Source: Planctomycetota bacterium (lineage in GTDB: Bacteria > Planctomycetota > B15-G4 > JADJEK01). From it: a stretch of DNA of 64,000 nucleotides. The stretch covers positions 1 through 64,000 of the forward strand of contig JBGAIQ010000019.1 of assembly GCA_044225365.1 (NCBI GenBank), read 5' to 3'. This document shows, piece after piece, positions 1-10,511 of this stretch. Positions within the stretch are counted from its first letter, which is position 1; each line of letters opens with the position of its first letter. Under the pieces are notes generated by a model. It was not told the DNA's origin. It made no database searches and worked only from the letters and a program-made list of their open reading frames with translations. Both the position numbers and the translations under genes were made by a program.

Positions 1-372
1 ATGCTCCTCCAATACGTGATCGTCTTCGTCCGAGACATGAAACGGTCGACGGCGTTCTATCGCGACGTCGTCGGGATCCCCCTGCGCTTCGAGTCCCCGG
101 GATGGACCGAGTTCGCAACGGAGGGAGCGACTCTCGCGTTGCACTCGAGCGAGGGGGGCGCGGTCGCGGCCGATCCGCCGGGTCGCATGCCGCCGGGTCG
201 AAGTCGTCCGGGCTTCGCCGTTCCGGATCTCGATGAATTCCATCGTCGGATGGTCGCGCAGAAGGTGGTCTGCGTACGCGAGCCGACGGAGACCTTCGGC
301 GTTCGGATCGCAGAGTATTCCGATCCCGATGGGCTGTCGTTCTCGGTTTCGCAGGCGCGGCGCAGTCCGTGA
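1..372 (+). CDS. VOC/glyoxalase family protein
   Basis: YVIVFVRDM..STAFYRDVVG, F.VPDLD, ETFGVR...SDPDG motifs typical of the VOC fold. Confidence 0.85.
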   Translation: MLLQYVIVFVRDMKRSTAFYRDVVGIPLRFESPGWTEFATEGATLALHSSEGGAVAADPPGRMPPGRSRPGFAVPDLDEFHRRMVAQKVVCVREPTETFGVRIAEYSDPDGLSFSVSQARRSP

Positions 373-391
373 CGGCGAGGCCCACGCCCGA

Positions 392-715
392 ATGAGCGAG
401 AACACGTTCGAGAAGATCTACGCCGTGGTGGCACGCATCCCGAGGGGTCGCGTCGCGACCTACGGTCAGATCGCCCGCCTCGCGGGTCTGCCGCGCCAAG
501 CGCGACAGGTCGGCTACGCGCTCGCTGCAACGACGGAGGATCGTGAGTTGCCGTGGCATCGCGTGATCAACGCCAAGGGCGAAGTCAGTCGGCGCGCCAA
601 TCCGTATCACGAGACCGTGCAGCAGGCGATGCTGGAGCAGGAGGGGGTTCGCTTCGACGAGAGAGGAAGGGTCGCACTCGAGGAGTTCTCATGGGATGGG
701 AAGTCGAGACGATGA
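392..715 (+). CDS. MGMT-like alkyltransferase-like protein (ATL/YbaZ family)
   Basis: IPRGRVATYGQIA and PWHRV (Trp in place of the catalytic Cys of PCHRV); ATG at 392. Confidence 0.9.
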   Translation: MSENTFEKIYAVVARIPRGRVATYGQIARLAGLPRQARQVGYALAATTEDRELPWHRVINAKGEVSRRANPYHETVQQAMLEQEGVRFDERGRVALEEFSWDGKSRR

Positions 716-816
716 TGGAAGTCGCCGCGAATCGCAGCGAATGGATAGGATCCGTGGTCGCGAACGAGAGGCTCGGGTGAATCGTCGAGCTCGCCGCCGC
801 GAAGGGAGCGAACGTC

Positions 817-1305
817 ATGGTCGAGATCGAAGCCAAGCTCGAAGCAAGGGGGCTCGTGTTGCCCGCCTCGATGCAGTCGCCGGGCGGAATGAAGCTCCCG
901 TTCGCCGCCGTTCGCATCGTCGGTCGGCGTGCGATCGTCTCGGGGCATGGCCCCCTCGCTGCGGACGGCTCGCTCGCGCAGCCTCTCGGGAAGGTCGGGA
1001 GCGAACTCACGGAGGAGCAGGGGCGCCATGCCGCGATGCTCACGGGACTCGCGATCCTCTCCAGCCTGAAGCGAGCGATCGGAGATCTCGATCGGATCGT
1101 CGCGTGGACGCGCGTGTTCGGCATGGTGAATTCGGCGTCCGGTTTCGTACGGCAACCGAGCGTCATCAACGGTTTCTCGGAGTTGATCCTCGATCTCTAC
1201 GGACCCGAGGTCGGAGCACACGCGCGCAGCGCCGTCGGGCTCTTCGAGTTGCCCTTCCGAATCCCCGTCGAGATCGAGTGCGAGGTCGAGATCGCCGCGC
1301 CGTGA
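817..1305 (+). CDS. RidA/YjgF family protein
   Basis: VSGHGP, GKVG, VINGFSELI, HARSAVG, LPFRIPVEIE motifs. Confidence 0.9.
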   Translation: MVEIEAKLEARGLVLPASMQSPGGMKLPFAAVRIVGRRAIVSGHGPLAADGSLAQPLGKVGSELTEEQGRHAAMLTGLAILSSLKRAIGDLDRIVAWTRVFGMVNSASGFVRQPSVINGFSELILDLYGPEVGAHARSAVGLFELPFRIPVEIECEVEIAAP

Positions 1306-1543
1306 TGGCCATTCCGTCATCGAGGTGGTTTCGAGACCCACTCGCGTGGGAGAAGGAAATCGCGACCGATGGGTCGTGAAATCCTTCTCGCGCGAGGAGT
1401 TTTCCTCGGATCCTGACTCCGTGCGACGCCGATCGGCAAGTCCTCCCGCGGCACGTCGATTGCCCTAGATGAGCCGTCCCAACGATTCCCAGCAAACGCG
1501 CGCGTAGCGCGTGCTGGATCTCGCCTCGAAAAGGATGGCAGAA

Positions 1544-2512
1544 ATGAAAACGACGCTCGGCTCCCATCGTTCCTGGTCCGACCGTTCCAAAGTGTTGGGG
1601 ATGGGTTTGATCGCTGCTGGCCTGATCGCAGGCAGTGCTCACGCCGGCACCATCAACTTCGATTTCGACAACGCTCCGGCCTACACCTCGTTGCCCGTCG
1701 ATGTCGCGGCGGGCGGAGTGACGGCCCATCTCACTGCCACGGCCCAGGGTTTCTCGATCCAGAATGCCAACGTCCTCGGATTCACCCCGGTCGGATTCGC
1801 CGGGCACAGCATCTATCCGAACAGCGTCTTCGCCGCGGATCTGAAGATCGCCTTCACGACGTCGCTCAGCGACTTCTCGATCCAGTACGCGCCCGAGGAG
1901 TACGACTGCGACTCCTCCGCGACGATGCGCGTCACAGCCTATCTCGGAGGCGTGTACGTCGGGACCAACACGGCGACCACCTACGCCGGCACCTGGCCGA
2001 CGGGGACGCTCGCGATCCACACCACGAGTCCCTTCGACAACGTCGTGGTTCACTACGATTCGCCGCCTCCGACCGGTGGCGACTGGGGTCCGATCTTCAT
2101 GGCCGACAACATGGTCGTGAAGACGTACTCGAACAGCGCCTGGTCGAACTACGGCGCAGGCTGGCCGGGCAAGAACGGAATCCCGGCGCTCACGATGAGC
2201 GCGAATCCCGTGCTCTGCGCGACGCCGAACCTGCATATCGGGAACTCGACGAACGTGGCGGCGCCGTCGATGCTCTTCCTCGGTCTCTCGCAAGTCGACC
2301 TGCCGACGGGATACGCGGGTCATCTCCTCGTGTCCCCGTTCACTTCGATGGCGCTCACCGTGCCGGGAGCCGGAGTCGATCTCCCGCTCGCGATCCCGTG
2401 CGACAACGCACTGAACGGTGTCGTCGTCTACCTGCAGGTCCTCGAATCGGACGCCCTCGCGAGCAAGGGGGTCTCGTTCACGAAGGGTCTGAAGCTCACG
2501 CTTGGAACCTGA
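1544..2512 (+). CDS. Secreted hypothetical protein with conserved C-terminal domain
   Basis: Signal peptide ending SAHA-GTINFD; C-terminal YGAGWPG...YLQ...SFTKGLKLTLG domain also found in two FG-GAP proteins; start could be 1535 or 1544. Confidence 0.75.
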   Translation: MKTTLGSHRSWSDRSKVLGMGLIAAGLIAGSAHAGTINFDFDNAPAYTSLPVDVAAGGVTAHLTATAQGFSIQNANVLGFTPVGFAGHSIYPNSVFAADLKIAFTTSLSDFSIQYAPEEYDCDSSATMRVTAYLGGVYVGTNTATTYAGTWPTGTLAIHTTSPFDNVVVHYDSPPPTGGDWGPIFMADNMVVKTYSNSAWSNYGAGWPGKNGIPALTMSANPVLCATPNLHIGNSTNVAAPSMLFLGLSQVDLPTGYAGHLLVSPFTSMALTVPGAGVDLPLAIPCDNALNGVVVYLQVLESDALASKGVSFTKGLKLTLGT

Positions 2513-2541
2513 ACTCGATTCGCGACGAATTCCTCCCTACC

Positions 2542-2754
2542 ATGGCGGCGATGGAACGAGACGATCGATCCACGCCGCCATGGTGCTTGTACCGCACCGA
2601 CGATCACGGAAACGAGTTCGTGGTTCGCAGCGGCCTTTCTCGGGAGGAGGCGAAACGTCTTATGGGAGAATTCGAAAGGAAGGGCCACAAGCAGACCTAC
2701 ACGGTGCGCCAGGTGGCTCCCTCTCCACTCGAACAGTTCGATCGTGGAACGTAG
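2542..2754 (+). CDS. Small hypothetical protein (DDxGNxF...EFExKGHKQTY family)
   Basis: WCLYRTDDHGNEFVV...EAKRL..EFERKGHKQTY resembles a conserved small-protein family. Confidence 0.65.
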   Translation: MAAMERDDRSTPPWCLYRTDDHGNEFVVRSGLSREEAKRLMGEFERKGHKQTYTVRQVAPSPLEQFDRGT

Positions 2755-2912
2755 CCGAAGGGATTTGGATCCACTTTCGAGCTGTGACCGTGTGAATTCG
2801 GTATGAGCGTTAGCCTACGGGAGAAGATCGCGTCGGGGACAAGACCGTCCATCGTGGCTGCGACGGGATCGGATACCCGCGGGCGATCCAAGAACGCAAG
2901 AGGTCCGGTGCC

Positions 2913-5150
2913 ATGGATTCAGGGGATGGTGTCGCCATCGCATCCGCTGCGCTCCGCGAGTCCTGTCTCGCGGTATTCGATTCTTGCGCACGCGGCGGAT
3001 TCGACGCCGCGGCGAGCGTCCTCGCGGAGGAGGCCAGGCGAATCGTGGGGGCCGCGATCTGCTGCGTGCATCGCGCGCGCACCGCGGGAAGCGAGCGACG
3101 GATCTGCGCGTCGGCGGGTGTGGACCGGGTCCCGACGCCGCACGACGTCATCTCCGCGATCGACTCGATTTCTTCGGTGAACCTCGATCGCGTTCTCGCG
3201 GACGGTCGGAAGAGCGCGGTTCCCTCTCTCGAGATTCCGACGTCGTCGAGCGAACCGGCTCGTCGCGGCTGGATGGGGGTGCCCGTTCGTACGGCGAGCG
3301 GTGAGGTGCTCGCTGCACTCGAAGTCGGGGGACGACTCGACGGCTCCGATTTCACGGTGGTCGATCTCGAACGCCTCGAAGCACTGGCTCGCGTGATCGC
3401 GCCGCTGTTCGAATTGGAGTCGGCACGCGAGCGCGCGCTCGGCGGTGCGCTCGAGATCGAGGAGCGACGCATCGTCGAACGTCGTGAGCGAAATCGTGGG
3501 ACGATCCTCGAGCAGTTGGCGAAGGGTCGCGCACTGACCTCGATCCTGGAGTCGATCGTCGCGCTCGTCGAAGAAGAGTCCGCCGACGCTCGGTGTTCGA
3601 TCCTGTTGCTCTCTCCGACCGGTCGTCAGTTGCTCCATGGAGCCGCGCCGCGTCTCCCGGAATTCTACAACGAAGCGATCCACGGGATCGAGATCGGGCC
3701 GGCGGTGGGCTCCTGTGGAGCCGCGGCGCACTCCGGCAAGCGCATCGTCGTCGAGGACATCGACGCGCATCCCAACTGGGCGCCGTACCGAGCGCTTGCG
3801 CAGCGAGCGAACCTGCGATCGTGTTGGTCCGAGCCGATCCTGGCGTCGTCGGGGGCCGTCCTCGGGACCTTCGCGATCTACCATTCTCGCCCGCGGGCTC
3901 CGAGTGCTCGAGAACTCGAGGCGATCACGATCGCCGCGAATCTCGCGAGCATCGCGATCGAGAAGACCCGGGCCGAGGAGGAGCGCCGCAGACTCGAGGC
4001 GCAATTGCTCCACGCCCAGAAGCTCGAGAGCCTCGGTCTGCTCGCGGGCGGCATCGCGCACGACTTCAACAACCTGTTGACGAGCATCCTCGGGTTCTCC
4101 GATCTTGCCCTCGTCGAGATCCCCGAGCACTCGCCGGCCCGGCCCCTCGTGATGGAAGCGATCCATGGTGCGCGGCGCGCTGCGGAACTCACGAAGCAGA
4201 TGCTCGCCTATTCCGGCAAGGGCCGCTTCGTCTCCGATCCCGTCGATCTGTCGAGCCTCGTCACGGACATGGTCCGCTTGCTCGAAGTGTCGATCTCGAA
4301 GAAGTGCGTGCTGCGGCTCCATCTCGCGTCGGGACTGCCGGCGATCGAGGCGGACTCCGTGCAGTTGCGACAAGTCATCATGAACCTCATCATCAACGCT
4401 TCGGAAGCGATCGGTGAGGAAGGCGGGGTGATCTCCGTCCACACGGGGATCACGAGCTGCACGCGCGAGGAACTGCGCGAGGCCTACCTCGACGCGAGTC
4501 TGCGCGACGGTGAGTATGTCTACCTCGACGTGATCGATTCGGGATGCGGGATGTCGGACGAGACGAAGGCCAAGATCTTCGATCCGTTCTTCTCGACGAA
4601 GTTCTCGGGACGCGGTCTCGGGCTCTCGGCCGTACTCGGCATCGTGCGGGGACATGGCGGCGCCATCAAGGTGCGCAGTTCGATCGGGAAGGGGACGACG
4701 TTCCGGGTGCTATTCCCAGCGACGCGGCGTAGCGTCGTGGGCACGAGCAAGAATGCGGTGTCGCACGACTCGTGGCGCGGCAGCGGCGTCGTCCTCATCG
4801 TCGACGACGAAGAATCGGTCCGCATGTTGGCGACGCGCATGCTGGAGGAACTCGGGTTCTCCGTGCTCACCGCGAACGACGGAGTCGAGGCACTGGAAGT
4901 GTTCTCGCGGGAACGCGAGAATCTGCGACTCGTGCTGCTCGACCTCACCATGCCCCGAAAGGGCGGGGAAGAAACGCTTCTCGAGATTCGCCGCCTCGAT
5001 CCGAATGCACCCGTGATCCTCTCGAGCGGTTATTCTGAGCATGCCGCGACTCGGGCGGAAGGGGACGTCCACGTGGCGTTCATCCAGAAGCCGTATCGGC
5101 TCGACGATCTGCGGCAGGTCGTGCGAGGGATCCTATCGCGATCATCCTGA
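2913..5150 (+). CDS. Hybrid sensor histidine kinase (GAF-GAF-HisKA-HATPase-REC)
   Basis: LAGGIAHDFNNLL H-box, NLIINASEA, DSGCGM, FDPFFSTK, GRGLGL; C-terminal receiver VDDE..LLDLTMP..QKP. Confidence 0.95.
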   Translation: MDSGDGVAIASAALRESCLAVFDSCARGGFDAAASVLAEEARRIVGAAICCVHRARTAGSERRICASAGVDRVPTPHDVISAIDSISSVNLDRVLADGRKSAVPSLEIPTSSSEPARRGWMGVPVRTASGEVLAALEVGGRLDGSDFTVVDLERLEALARVIAPLFELESARERALGGALEIEERRIVERRERNRGTILEQLAKGRALTSILESIVALVEEESADARCSILLLSPTGRQLLHGAAPRLPEFYNEAIHGIEIGPAVGSCGAAAHSGKRIVVEDIDAHPNWAPYRALAQRANLRSCWSEPILASSGAVLGTFAIYHSRPRAPSARELEAITIAANLASIAIEKTRAEEERRRLEAQLLHAQKLESLGLLAGGIAHDFNNLLTSILGFSDLALVEIPEHSPARPLVMEAIHGARRAAELTKQMLAYSGKGRFVSDPVDLSSLVTDMVRLLEVSISKKCVLRLHLASGLPAIEADSVQLRQVIMNLIINASEAIGEEGGVISVHTGITSCTREELREAYLDASLRDGEYVYLDVIDSGCGMSDETKAKIFDPFFSTKFSGRGLGLSAVLGIVRGHGGAIKVRSSIGKGTTFRVLFPATRRSVVGTSKNAVSHDSWRGSGVVLIVDDEESVRMLATRMLEELGFSVLTANDGVEALEVFSRERENLRLVLLDLTMPRKGGEETLLEIRRLDPNAPVILSSGYSEHAATRAEGDVHVAFIQKPYRLDDLRQVVRGILSRSS

Positions 5151-5166
5151 TCGAGGAGCACGGCGC

Positions 5167-5835
5167 ATGGCCTCGTTCGTCACGTCGAAGCGGGTGTTCG
5201 CGAACGGGATGTTCAGCATCGCAGCCTTCGCGCTGATCGGATGCGATCCGAAGTCTACGCCGAATCCGAGGGCCGCGGTCGCCTACGAGATCCCGACGAA
5301 CACTTCGCTTCCGTCACCCGTACTCACCCCTTCGAACGAACCGGTCGTGTCGATCCATCGAGACGTCCGTTCCGTTCGCTTCGGTAAACGGCCGCCCGCT
5401 GATTTCACGGTGGTTTACCCGGATGGTCGAATCCTCTGGCGGCATGGTGAACAGGCACTCGAGGGACGAATCGACACCGCGCTCGTCGAGTCCTTCCTCC
5501 TGGATCTCCATCGCGAAAGCGTCTTCGGTGACGGGAGGGTGGCCGTCAAGAAATTCGGTCCGGATTCGATCTACGACGTGATCATCGTGAAGACCATGGA
5601 TCGCGAGATCGTGCTCGGGTCGTGGCATGAGGTCGCCGAGGAGAGGGGAACTGCGATCGGAACCGCCCATGGACTCGAGGCGCGCGAGGGACGCGATCCC
5701 AAGGACGTCCTCGAGAAGCAGCCCGAGTCGTATCGCCGATTTCGCAAGCTATGGTCGGAGATCCGCGATCGCGTCGAGTCGTGGGTGCCCGCGACCGGGA
5801 CGGCGTACACGGGTCCGATGCCGGAGTGGAAATGA
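5167..5835 (+). CDS. Hypothetical lipoprotein
   Basis: Hydrophobic stretch with lipobox-like LIGC; stop overlaps the next start (ATGA). Confidence 0.65.
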   Translation: MASFVTSKRVFANGMFSIAAFALIGCDPKSTPNPRAAVAYEIPTNTSLPSPVLTPSNEPVVSIHRDVRSVRFGKRPPADFTVVYPDGRILWRHGEQALEGRIDTALVESFLLDLHRESVFGDGRVAVKKFGPDSIYDVIIVKTMDREIVLGSWHEVAEERGTAIGTAHGLEAREGRDPKDVLEKQPESYRRFRKLWSEIRDRVESWVPATGTAYTGPMPEWK

Positions 5836-6416
5836 CGGTGCCCAAGTCGCGGCGGTCGCCACAGCCGAAGAATGCGAGCCGCGCAACGCACGTCGCATTG
5901 CTGCGGGGCATCAACGTCGGCAAGGCGAAGCGCATCGCGATGGCGGATCTGAAGCGAGTCGTCGCGGATCTCGCCTACGAGAACGTTCGCACGCTGCTGA
6001 ACAGTGGAAATATCGTGTTCACCGCAACGAAGGGTGAATCGGCCGGCCACGCCGCGCGTATCGGGCGCGCGATCGAGCAGGAGCTCGGCGTGAAATCGCG
6101 CGTCACGGTGCTCGAGGTCGCGGAACTCGAAGTGATCGTCGCGAACAATCCGCTCCACTCGATCGCGAACGATCCGTCCCGATTGCTCGTCACGGTTCCG
6201 CAGGACGTGAAGGACTGCTCCCGACTCGTCGCGCTGGCGAAGGCGAACTGGCACCCCGATGCCCTCGCGGTCGGCGAACGCGTTGCCTACGCTTGGTGCT
6301 CGAAGGGCGTACTCGACAGCGCGGTCAGCAAGGCGATCGATCGCGAGTTCAAGGATGCGGTCACGAGTCGGAACTGGTCGACGATCCTCAAACTGAGTGC
6401 GCTCGCCAAGGAGTGA
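5832..6416 (+). CDS. DUF1697 family protein
   Basis: ALLRGINVG, VRTLLNSGNIVF, TSRNWST motifs. Confidence 0.9.
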   Translation: MTVPKSRRSPQPKNASRATHVALLRGINVGKAKRIAMADLKRVVADLAYENVRTLLNSGNIVFTATKGESAGHAARIGRAIEQELGVKSRVTVLEVAELEVIVANNPLHSIANDPSRLLVTVPQDVKDCSRLVALAKANWHPDALAVGERVAYAWCSKGVLDSAVSKAIDREFKDAVTSRNWSTILKLSALAKE

Positions 6417-6423
6417 TTCGAAG

Positions 6424-7035
6424 ATGGGATTGCTGCGCAAGTGGTTCGGCCCGAGTCGTGAGGAGATCTGGCGCAAGCTCGCCGCGGAGTACGGTGCCAC
6501 GTACGTCGAGGGCGGCTTCATGGAGCGCGGCAAGGTCGAAGTGACACACGGCGAGTGGACGATCACGCTCGACTCGTACGTCGTCTCGACCGGCAAGTCC
6601 CATGCACGATTCACGAGGATGCGCGCGCCTTACGTCAATCCCGAGGGGTTCCGCTTCGACATCCATCGTCGCGGCGTGTTCACCGACATCGCGAAGTGGT
6701 TCGGGGCGACCGATATCGAAGTGGGGTACCCCGAATTCGATCACGACTTCGTGATCCAAGGGACCGACGAAGCCCGCGTGAAGCGGCTCTTCCAGAACGA
6801 CAGGATTCGCGCGCTCATCGCCGCCCAGCCGAGGATCGAGCTCTCCGTGCGCGACGACGAAGGGTGGTTCGGTCGGCGATTCCCGGAGCAGACCGATGAG
6901 CTCTACTTTCGAGTCCTCGGCGACATCAAGGAGGTCGAGCGACTGAAGCAGTTGTTCGATCTCTTCTCGGAAACGCTCGACGAACTCTGCCGCATGGGAG
7001 CGGCGTACGACGACGAGCCGGGAGTGAAGATCTGA
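6424..7035 (+). CDS. Conserved hypothetical protein (DUF3137-like)
   Basis: TRMRAPY, DIEVGYPEFDHDFVIQG motifs; in operon with neighbours. Confidence 0.7.
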   Translation: MGLLRKWFGPSREEIWRKLAAEYGATYVEGGFMERGKVEVTHGEWTITLDSYVVSTGKSHARFTRMRAPYVNPEGFRFDIHRRGVFTDIAKWFGATDIEVGYPEFDHDFVIQGTDEARVKRLFQNDRIRALIAAQPRIELSVRDDEGWFGRRFPEQTDELYFRVLGDIKEVERLKQLFDLFSETLDELCRMGAAYDDEPGVKI

Positions 7036-7067
7036 CGGCCCGCGTACGTGCAGCGACCGCCGCGGAC

Positions 7068-7514
7068 GTGCCGCGTCTCGTCGACCTCGCGAAGCGTTCA
7101 TGGCTCAGTGCGTTCCAAGGCAGCGCGCCGCCGCAGCTCGTCGCGTATTGGCGGAACCTAGAGCGCGAGGAGAGCTGGTATCCCAGGTACTACGCGTCGA
7201 TGCTCGTGGTCGAAGCCGAGGGCCGGGTCGTCGGCCTCGTCCAGCCGCAGGAATCCGAGATCAACGGCCTGTGGGTCGACCCGGATCATCAGGGACGTGG
7301 ATTCGGAGCGGTACTCCTTCGCGCGGGCGAGGCGGAGATCGAACGATCGGGTCATGGCGTCGCGTGGCTCACGTGCTCGGGATTCAACGAACGCGCGCGG
7401 CGGTTCTACTCGAGGATGGGCTACGTCGAATCCTCGCGAACGGAGTTCGATCATCCGAGCGGCCTAAGGGTCGTGGAGCTCCGAATGGAGCGGACGCTCG
7501 GAATGAAGGCGTGA
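7068..7514 (+). CDS. GNAT family N-acetyltransferase
   Basis: LWVDPDHQGRGFG acetyl-CoA motif, NERARRFY..GY; start uncertain. Confidence 0.85.
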   Translation: MPRLVDLAKRSWLSAFQGSAPPQLVAYWRNLEREESWYPRYYASMLVVEAEGRVVGLVQPQESEINGLWVDPDHQGRGFGAVLLRAGEAEIERSGHGVAWLTCSGFNERARRFYSRMGYVESSRTEFDHPSGLRVVELRMERTLGMKA

Positions 7515-7632
7515 GAGCGGACTCGCGGCGAGGGCGATGCATGCGATCGAGTGCCTGATAACATGCCGTCCTTCGCCCATCGCAGCGGCGGATCTGCCGT
7601 GCGCGGTCTAGGGCGAAACGAACAGGCACCCC

Positions 7633-8538
7633 ATGCTCCCGATCTCGTTCGCGACCTGGTCCGCACTCCTGCTCGCCACCTTTGTCCTCTTCGCGGCGAG
7701 GACGGACACCCGCCCGACTCCGATGCCGCTGTGGAAGGAGGGCGCCCCGCTCGCGAAGGGGACGGAACAAACGGACATTCCGTCGATCGCGATGTACGCG
7801 CCCAAGAAGGAGGACCAGAGCGGTGCGGCCGTCATCGTCTGCCCCGGAGGCGCGTACTGGATGCTCGCCGATCACGAGGGCCACGACATCGCCGTGTGGT
7901 TGAACGCGCATGGCATCACCGCCTTCGTCTTGAAGTACCGGCTCGCGCCGAACTACGGCTACCCCGCGCCGATCCTCGACGCCGCGCGCGCGGTGCGCAC
8001 GGTGCGCGCACGAGCAGGGGAGTGGGGGATCGATCCGCATCGCATCGGGATCATCGGATTCTCGGCGGGAGGGCACGTCGCGTCGACGACGGCGACGCAT
8101 TTCGACGACGGAGATCCGAAGGCGAATGACCCCATCGATCGAGTGAGCAGTCGGCCCGACCTCGCGATCCTGTGCTACGCCGTGATCTCGATGGAGGACG
8201 GAGTGACTCACGGCGGATCGAAGAAGAACCTGCTCGGCGATGCACCCGCGGCCGATCTCGTGAAGCTCCTGTCCAACGAGACGCAGGTGACTCCGAATAC
8301 TCCGCCGACCTTCCTCTTCCACACCGCCGACGACGGCGCGGTCCCGGCGGAGAACGCCCTTCGATTCGCCTCCGCGCTCGCCAAGGCGAAGGTCCCGTAC
8401 GAGCTGCATCTCTACGCGAACGGTCCGCATGGCGTGGGACTCGCCCAAGGCGACCCGGTCCTGAAGACGTGGCCCGGACTTCTCGCGAATTGGTTGTACG
8501 TTCGCGGATTCATCAAGACTCCGGACGCTTCGCACTGA
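7633..8538 (+). CDS. Secreted alpha/beta hydrolase (BD-FAE/acetyl-xylan esterase-like)
   Basis: CPGGAY, GFSAGG nucleophile elbow, DDGAV and HGVG catalytic residues; signal peptide. Confidence 0.9.
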   Translation: MLPISFATWSALLLATFVLFAARTDTRPTPMPLWKEGAPLAKGTEQTDIPSIAMYAPKKEDQSGAAVIVCPGGAYWMLADHEGHDIAVWLNAHGITAFVLKYRLAPNYGYPAPILDAARAVRTVRARAGEWGIDPHRIGIIGFSAGGHVASTTATHFDDGDPKANDPIDRVSSRPDLAILCYAVISMEDGVTHGGSKKNLLGDAPAADLVKLLSNETQVTPNTPPTFLFHTADDGAVPAENALRFASALAKAKVPYELHLYANGPHGVGLAQGDPVLKTWPGLLANWLYVRGFIKTPDASH

Positions 8539-8548
8539 TCCACACGCC

Positions 8549-8899
8549 ATGGCCATCACCTACGCCGACGTTCAGCAGCTCGCTCGCACCCTTCCCGGCG
8601 TCGAGGAAGGCCCCTGGTACGGCAAGCCCGCGATGAAGGTCCTCGGCAAGGGGTTCCTGCGCCTCTTCGAGGACGAGGAATCGGTCGTCCTCCGCATCGA
8701 GATCGCCCGTCGTGACGTCCTGCTGCGCGACGACCCCGCGAAGTACTACATCACCGATCACTATGCGAACTACCCGGCGATGCTCGCGCGGTTGTCGCGG
8801 CTCAAGAAGAGCGAGGCGCGCGAACTCGTCGAGGGCGCGTGGCGAATGGTCGCGCCGAAGCGTCTCGTCGCGGAATTCGACGCGAGACGTCCCTCGTGA
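8549..8899 (+). CDS. MmcQ/YjbR family protein
   Basis: LPGVEE..WYGKPA.KV.GK.F, YYITDHYANYP..L.RL, AWR.VAPKRL. Confidence 0.85.
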   Translation: MAITYADVQQLARTLPGVEEGPWYGKPAMKVLGKGFLRLFEDEESVVLRIEIARRDVLLRDDPAKYYITDHYANYPAMLARLSRLKKSEARELVEGAWRMVAPKRLVAEFDARRPS

Positions 8900-10443
8900 G
8901 CCCCGACGCGAACGATTCGCCGAATCGCCGAGTTCGCCAGATCGCGGGCATCTCCATCCTGCTCGCTCTCGTCTGCTGGTTCACGCGCGACTTCCTGCCT
9001 TCGTTCGCGGCGGATCAGGTGTCGGCGAACGCCGAGGTGACGACGATCGGGGAGACGAACGACGATCGCGTTCGCCGCGCCTTCGAGAAGGCGATTCGCT
9101 CGACCCATATCAAGAGTCGAGACGTCGACATCGCCACCGAGCCGCCCTCGAACGACACGATCCGCGATTCGACGATCACGATTCGCGCCGCGAACGAGGC
9201 CGAGGTCCTCGACGGCCTGCATGCGATCACGGAATCGATGCGACTCGCGTACGAGGGCGAGGGCGGCGGAGAGTTCCAGGTGAACGAGCGACGGCTCGTC
9301 ACGCCGGTCGAGAACGACCGGATGCGGCGTTACGGATTCCTGCTGCGTTGCGTGTCCTTCCTGCTCGCGCTCGTCGGCATCGCGGGACTCACCGTGCTGT
9401 GGCAGCGCAAGGAGATCGACAAACGCATCTTCCTGATCGCGATCCCGCTCGGGATCCCGTTCGTGCTCTCCTTCATCGGAGATCTCGGCGAGTGGGCGGC
9501 CATCGGGCTCATCGTGATGCCGATCCCGATCGTCATCACCGTGCTCGTCGTGAAGAAGTCGATCGAGGTGAAGCGCGCACGCAGTTGGAACTCGGCGACG
9601 GCAGAGATCCTGAAGTCCTCCGTGAAGGTCGAGCGCCATCGGTTCGGCGACGACGAGATGACCGTCAAGAACAAGGCGGCCGTGACCTACGAGTTCGAAG
9701 TGAATGGCGAACGCATCGTCGGGGATCGGATCGGGATCGGAGAGATCGCCGAGTCGGACGTCGATGCGACCGTGAAGAAGTATGCGGTGGGGTCGAAGGT
9801 CACCGTCTACTACGACGCCGCGGAGCCCAAGAATTGCGTGCTCGAGCGCGATCCGCCCGCGAGCATCGGATGCATGTTCATCGGCGCCGGCAGTCTGCTC
9901 GCGCTCGGCGCCGTCGTCGTGGCGTTCTTCACGTACGGCTCCGACATCGACTCCGCGATCCGCGATCGGTTCCCGAACGTTCACCATCCGCTCATGGCGC
10001 TCATGCTCGTGGGAATGAGCGCTTTCACTCTCGTGTTCTATGTGGCGGGCCGGAAGCGCGCGAAGCAGATCGCGACCTGGCCGACGACGAAGGGGAGGAT
10101 CGTCACGAGTCGCACGGAGGAGTTCCGCGAGTCGATGAGGAGCTCGAACACCGGACGGTCGTCGAAGATGTACCGCACTTTCGTGGAGTACCGATACGAA
10201 GTCGACGGTCGCGAGTATCACAGCACGCAGTTGGCGATCGGCGCGAAGCTCTCCTCGAGCTCGAAGGCGCTCGCGGACGCGGTCACGGCGAAGTACAAGG
10301 AGGGTTCGACGATCGACGTCCGGTACGATCCGAACGATGTGAGTCAGGCGGTCGTGCAGACCGGCTTCGCAGGCGGCGTAATCCTCCTCGTGATCGCGGC
10401 GGGTCTCCTCGCTCTCGCCTACTTCGTGGCGACCCACGGCTGA
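8896..10443 (+). CDS. Membrane protein with two DUF3592 domains
   Basis: Two W..T.G.I..S...V.Y.YEV.G...KY..G..V.VYYD units separated by TM helices; GTG overlaps upstream stop. Confidence 0.8.
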   Translation: MSPDANDSPNRRVRQIAGISILLALVCWFTRDFLPSFAADQVSANAEVTTIGETNDDRVRRAFEKAIRSTHIKSRDVDIATEPPSNDTIRDSTITIRAANEAEVLDGLHAITESMRLAYEGEGGGEFQVNERRLVTPVENDRMRRYGFLLRCVSFLLALVGIAGLTVLWQRKEIDKRIFLIAIPLGIPFVLSFIGDLGEWAAIGLIVMPIPIVITVLVVKKSIEVKRARSWNSATAEILKSSVKVERHRFGDDEMTVKNKAAVTYEFEVNGERIVGDRIGIGEIAESDVDATVKKYAVGSKVTVYYDAAEPKNCVLERDPPASIGCMFIGAGSLLALGAVVVAFFTYGSDIDSAIRDRFPNVHHPLMALMLVGMSAFTLVFYVAGRKRAKQIATWPTTKGRIVTSRTEEFRESMRSSNTGRSSKMYRTFVEYRYEVDGREYHSTQLAIGAKLSSSSKALADAVTAKYKEGSTIDVRYDPNDVSQAVVQTGFAGGVILLVIAAGLLALAYFVATHG

Positions 10444-10511
10444 GTCTTTCGATTCCAATCGATACCGCGCAGCGTTGGATCCAGCACAGGAAGAGTACCT
10501 CGGACGCGAGC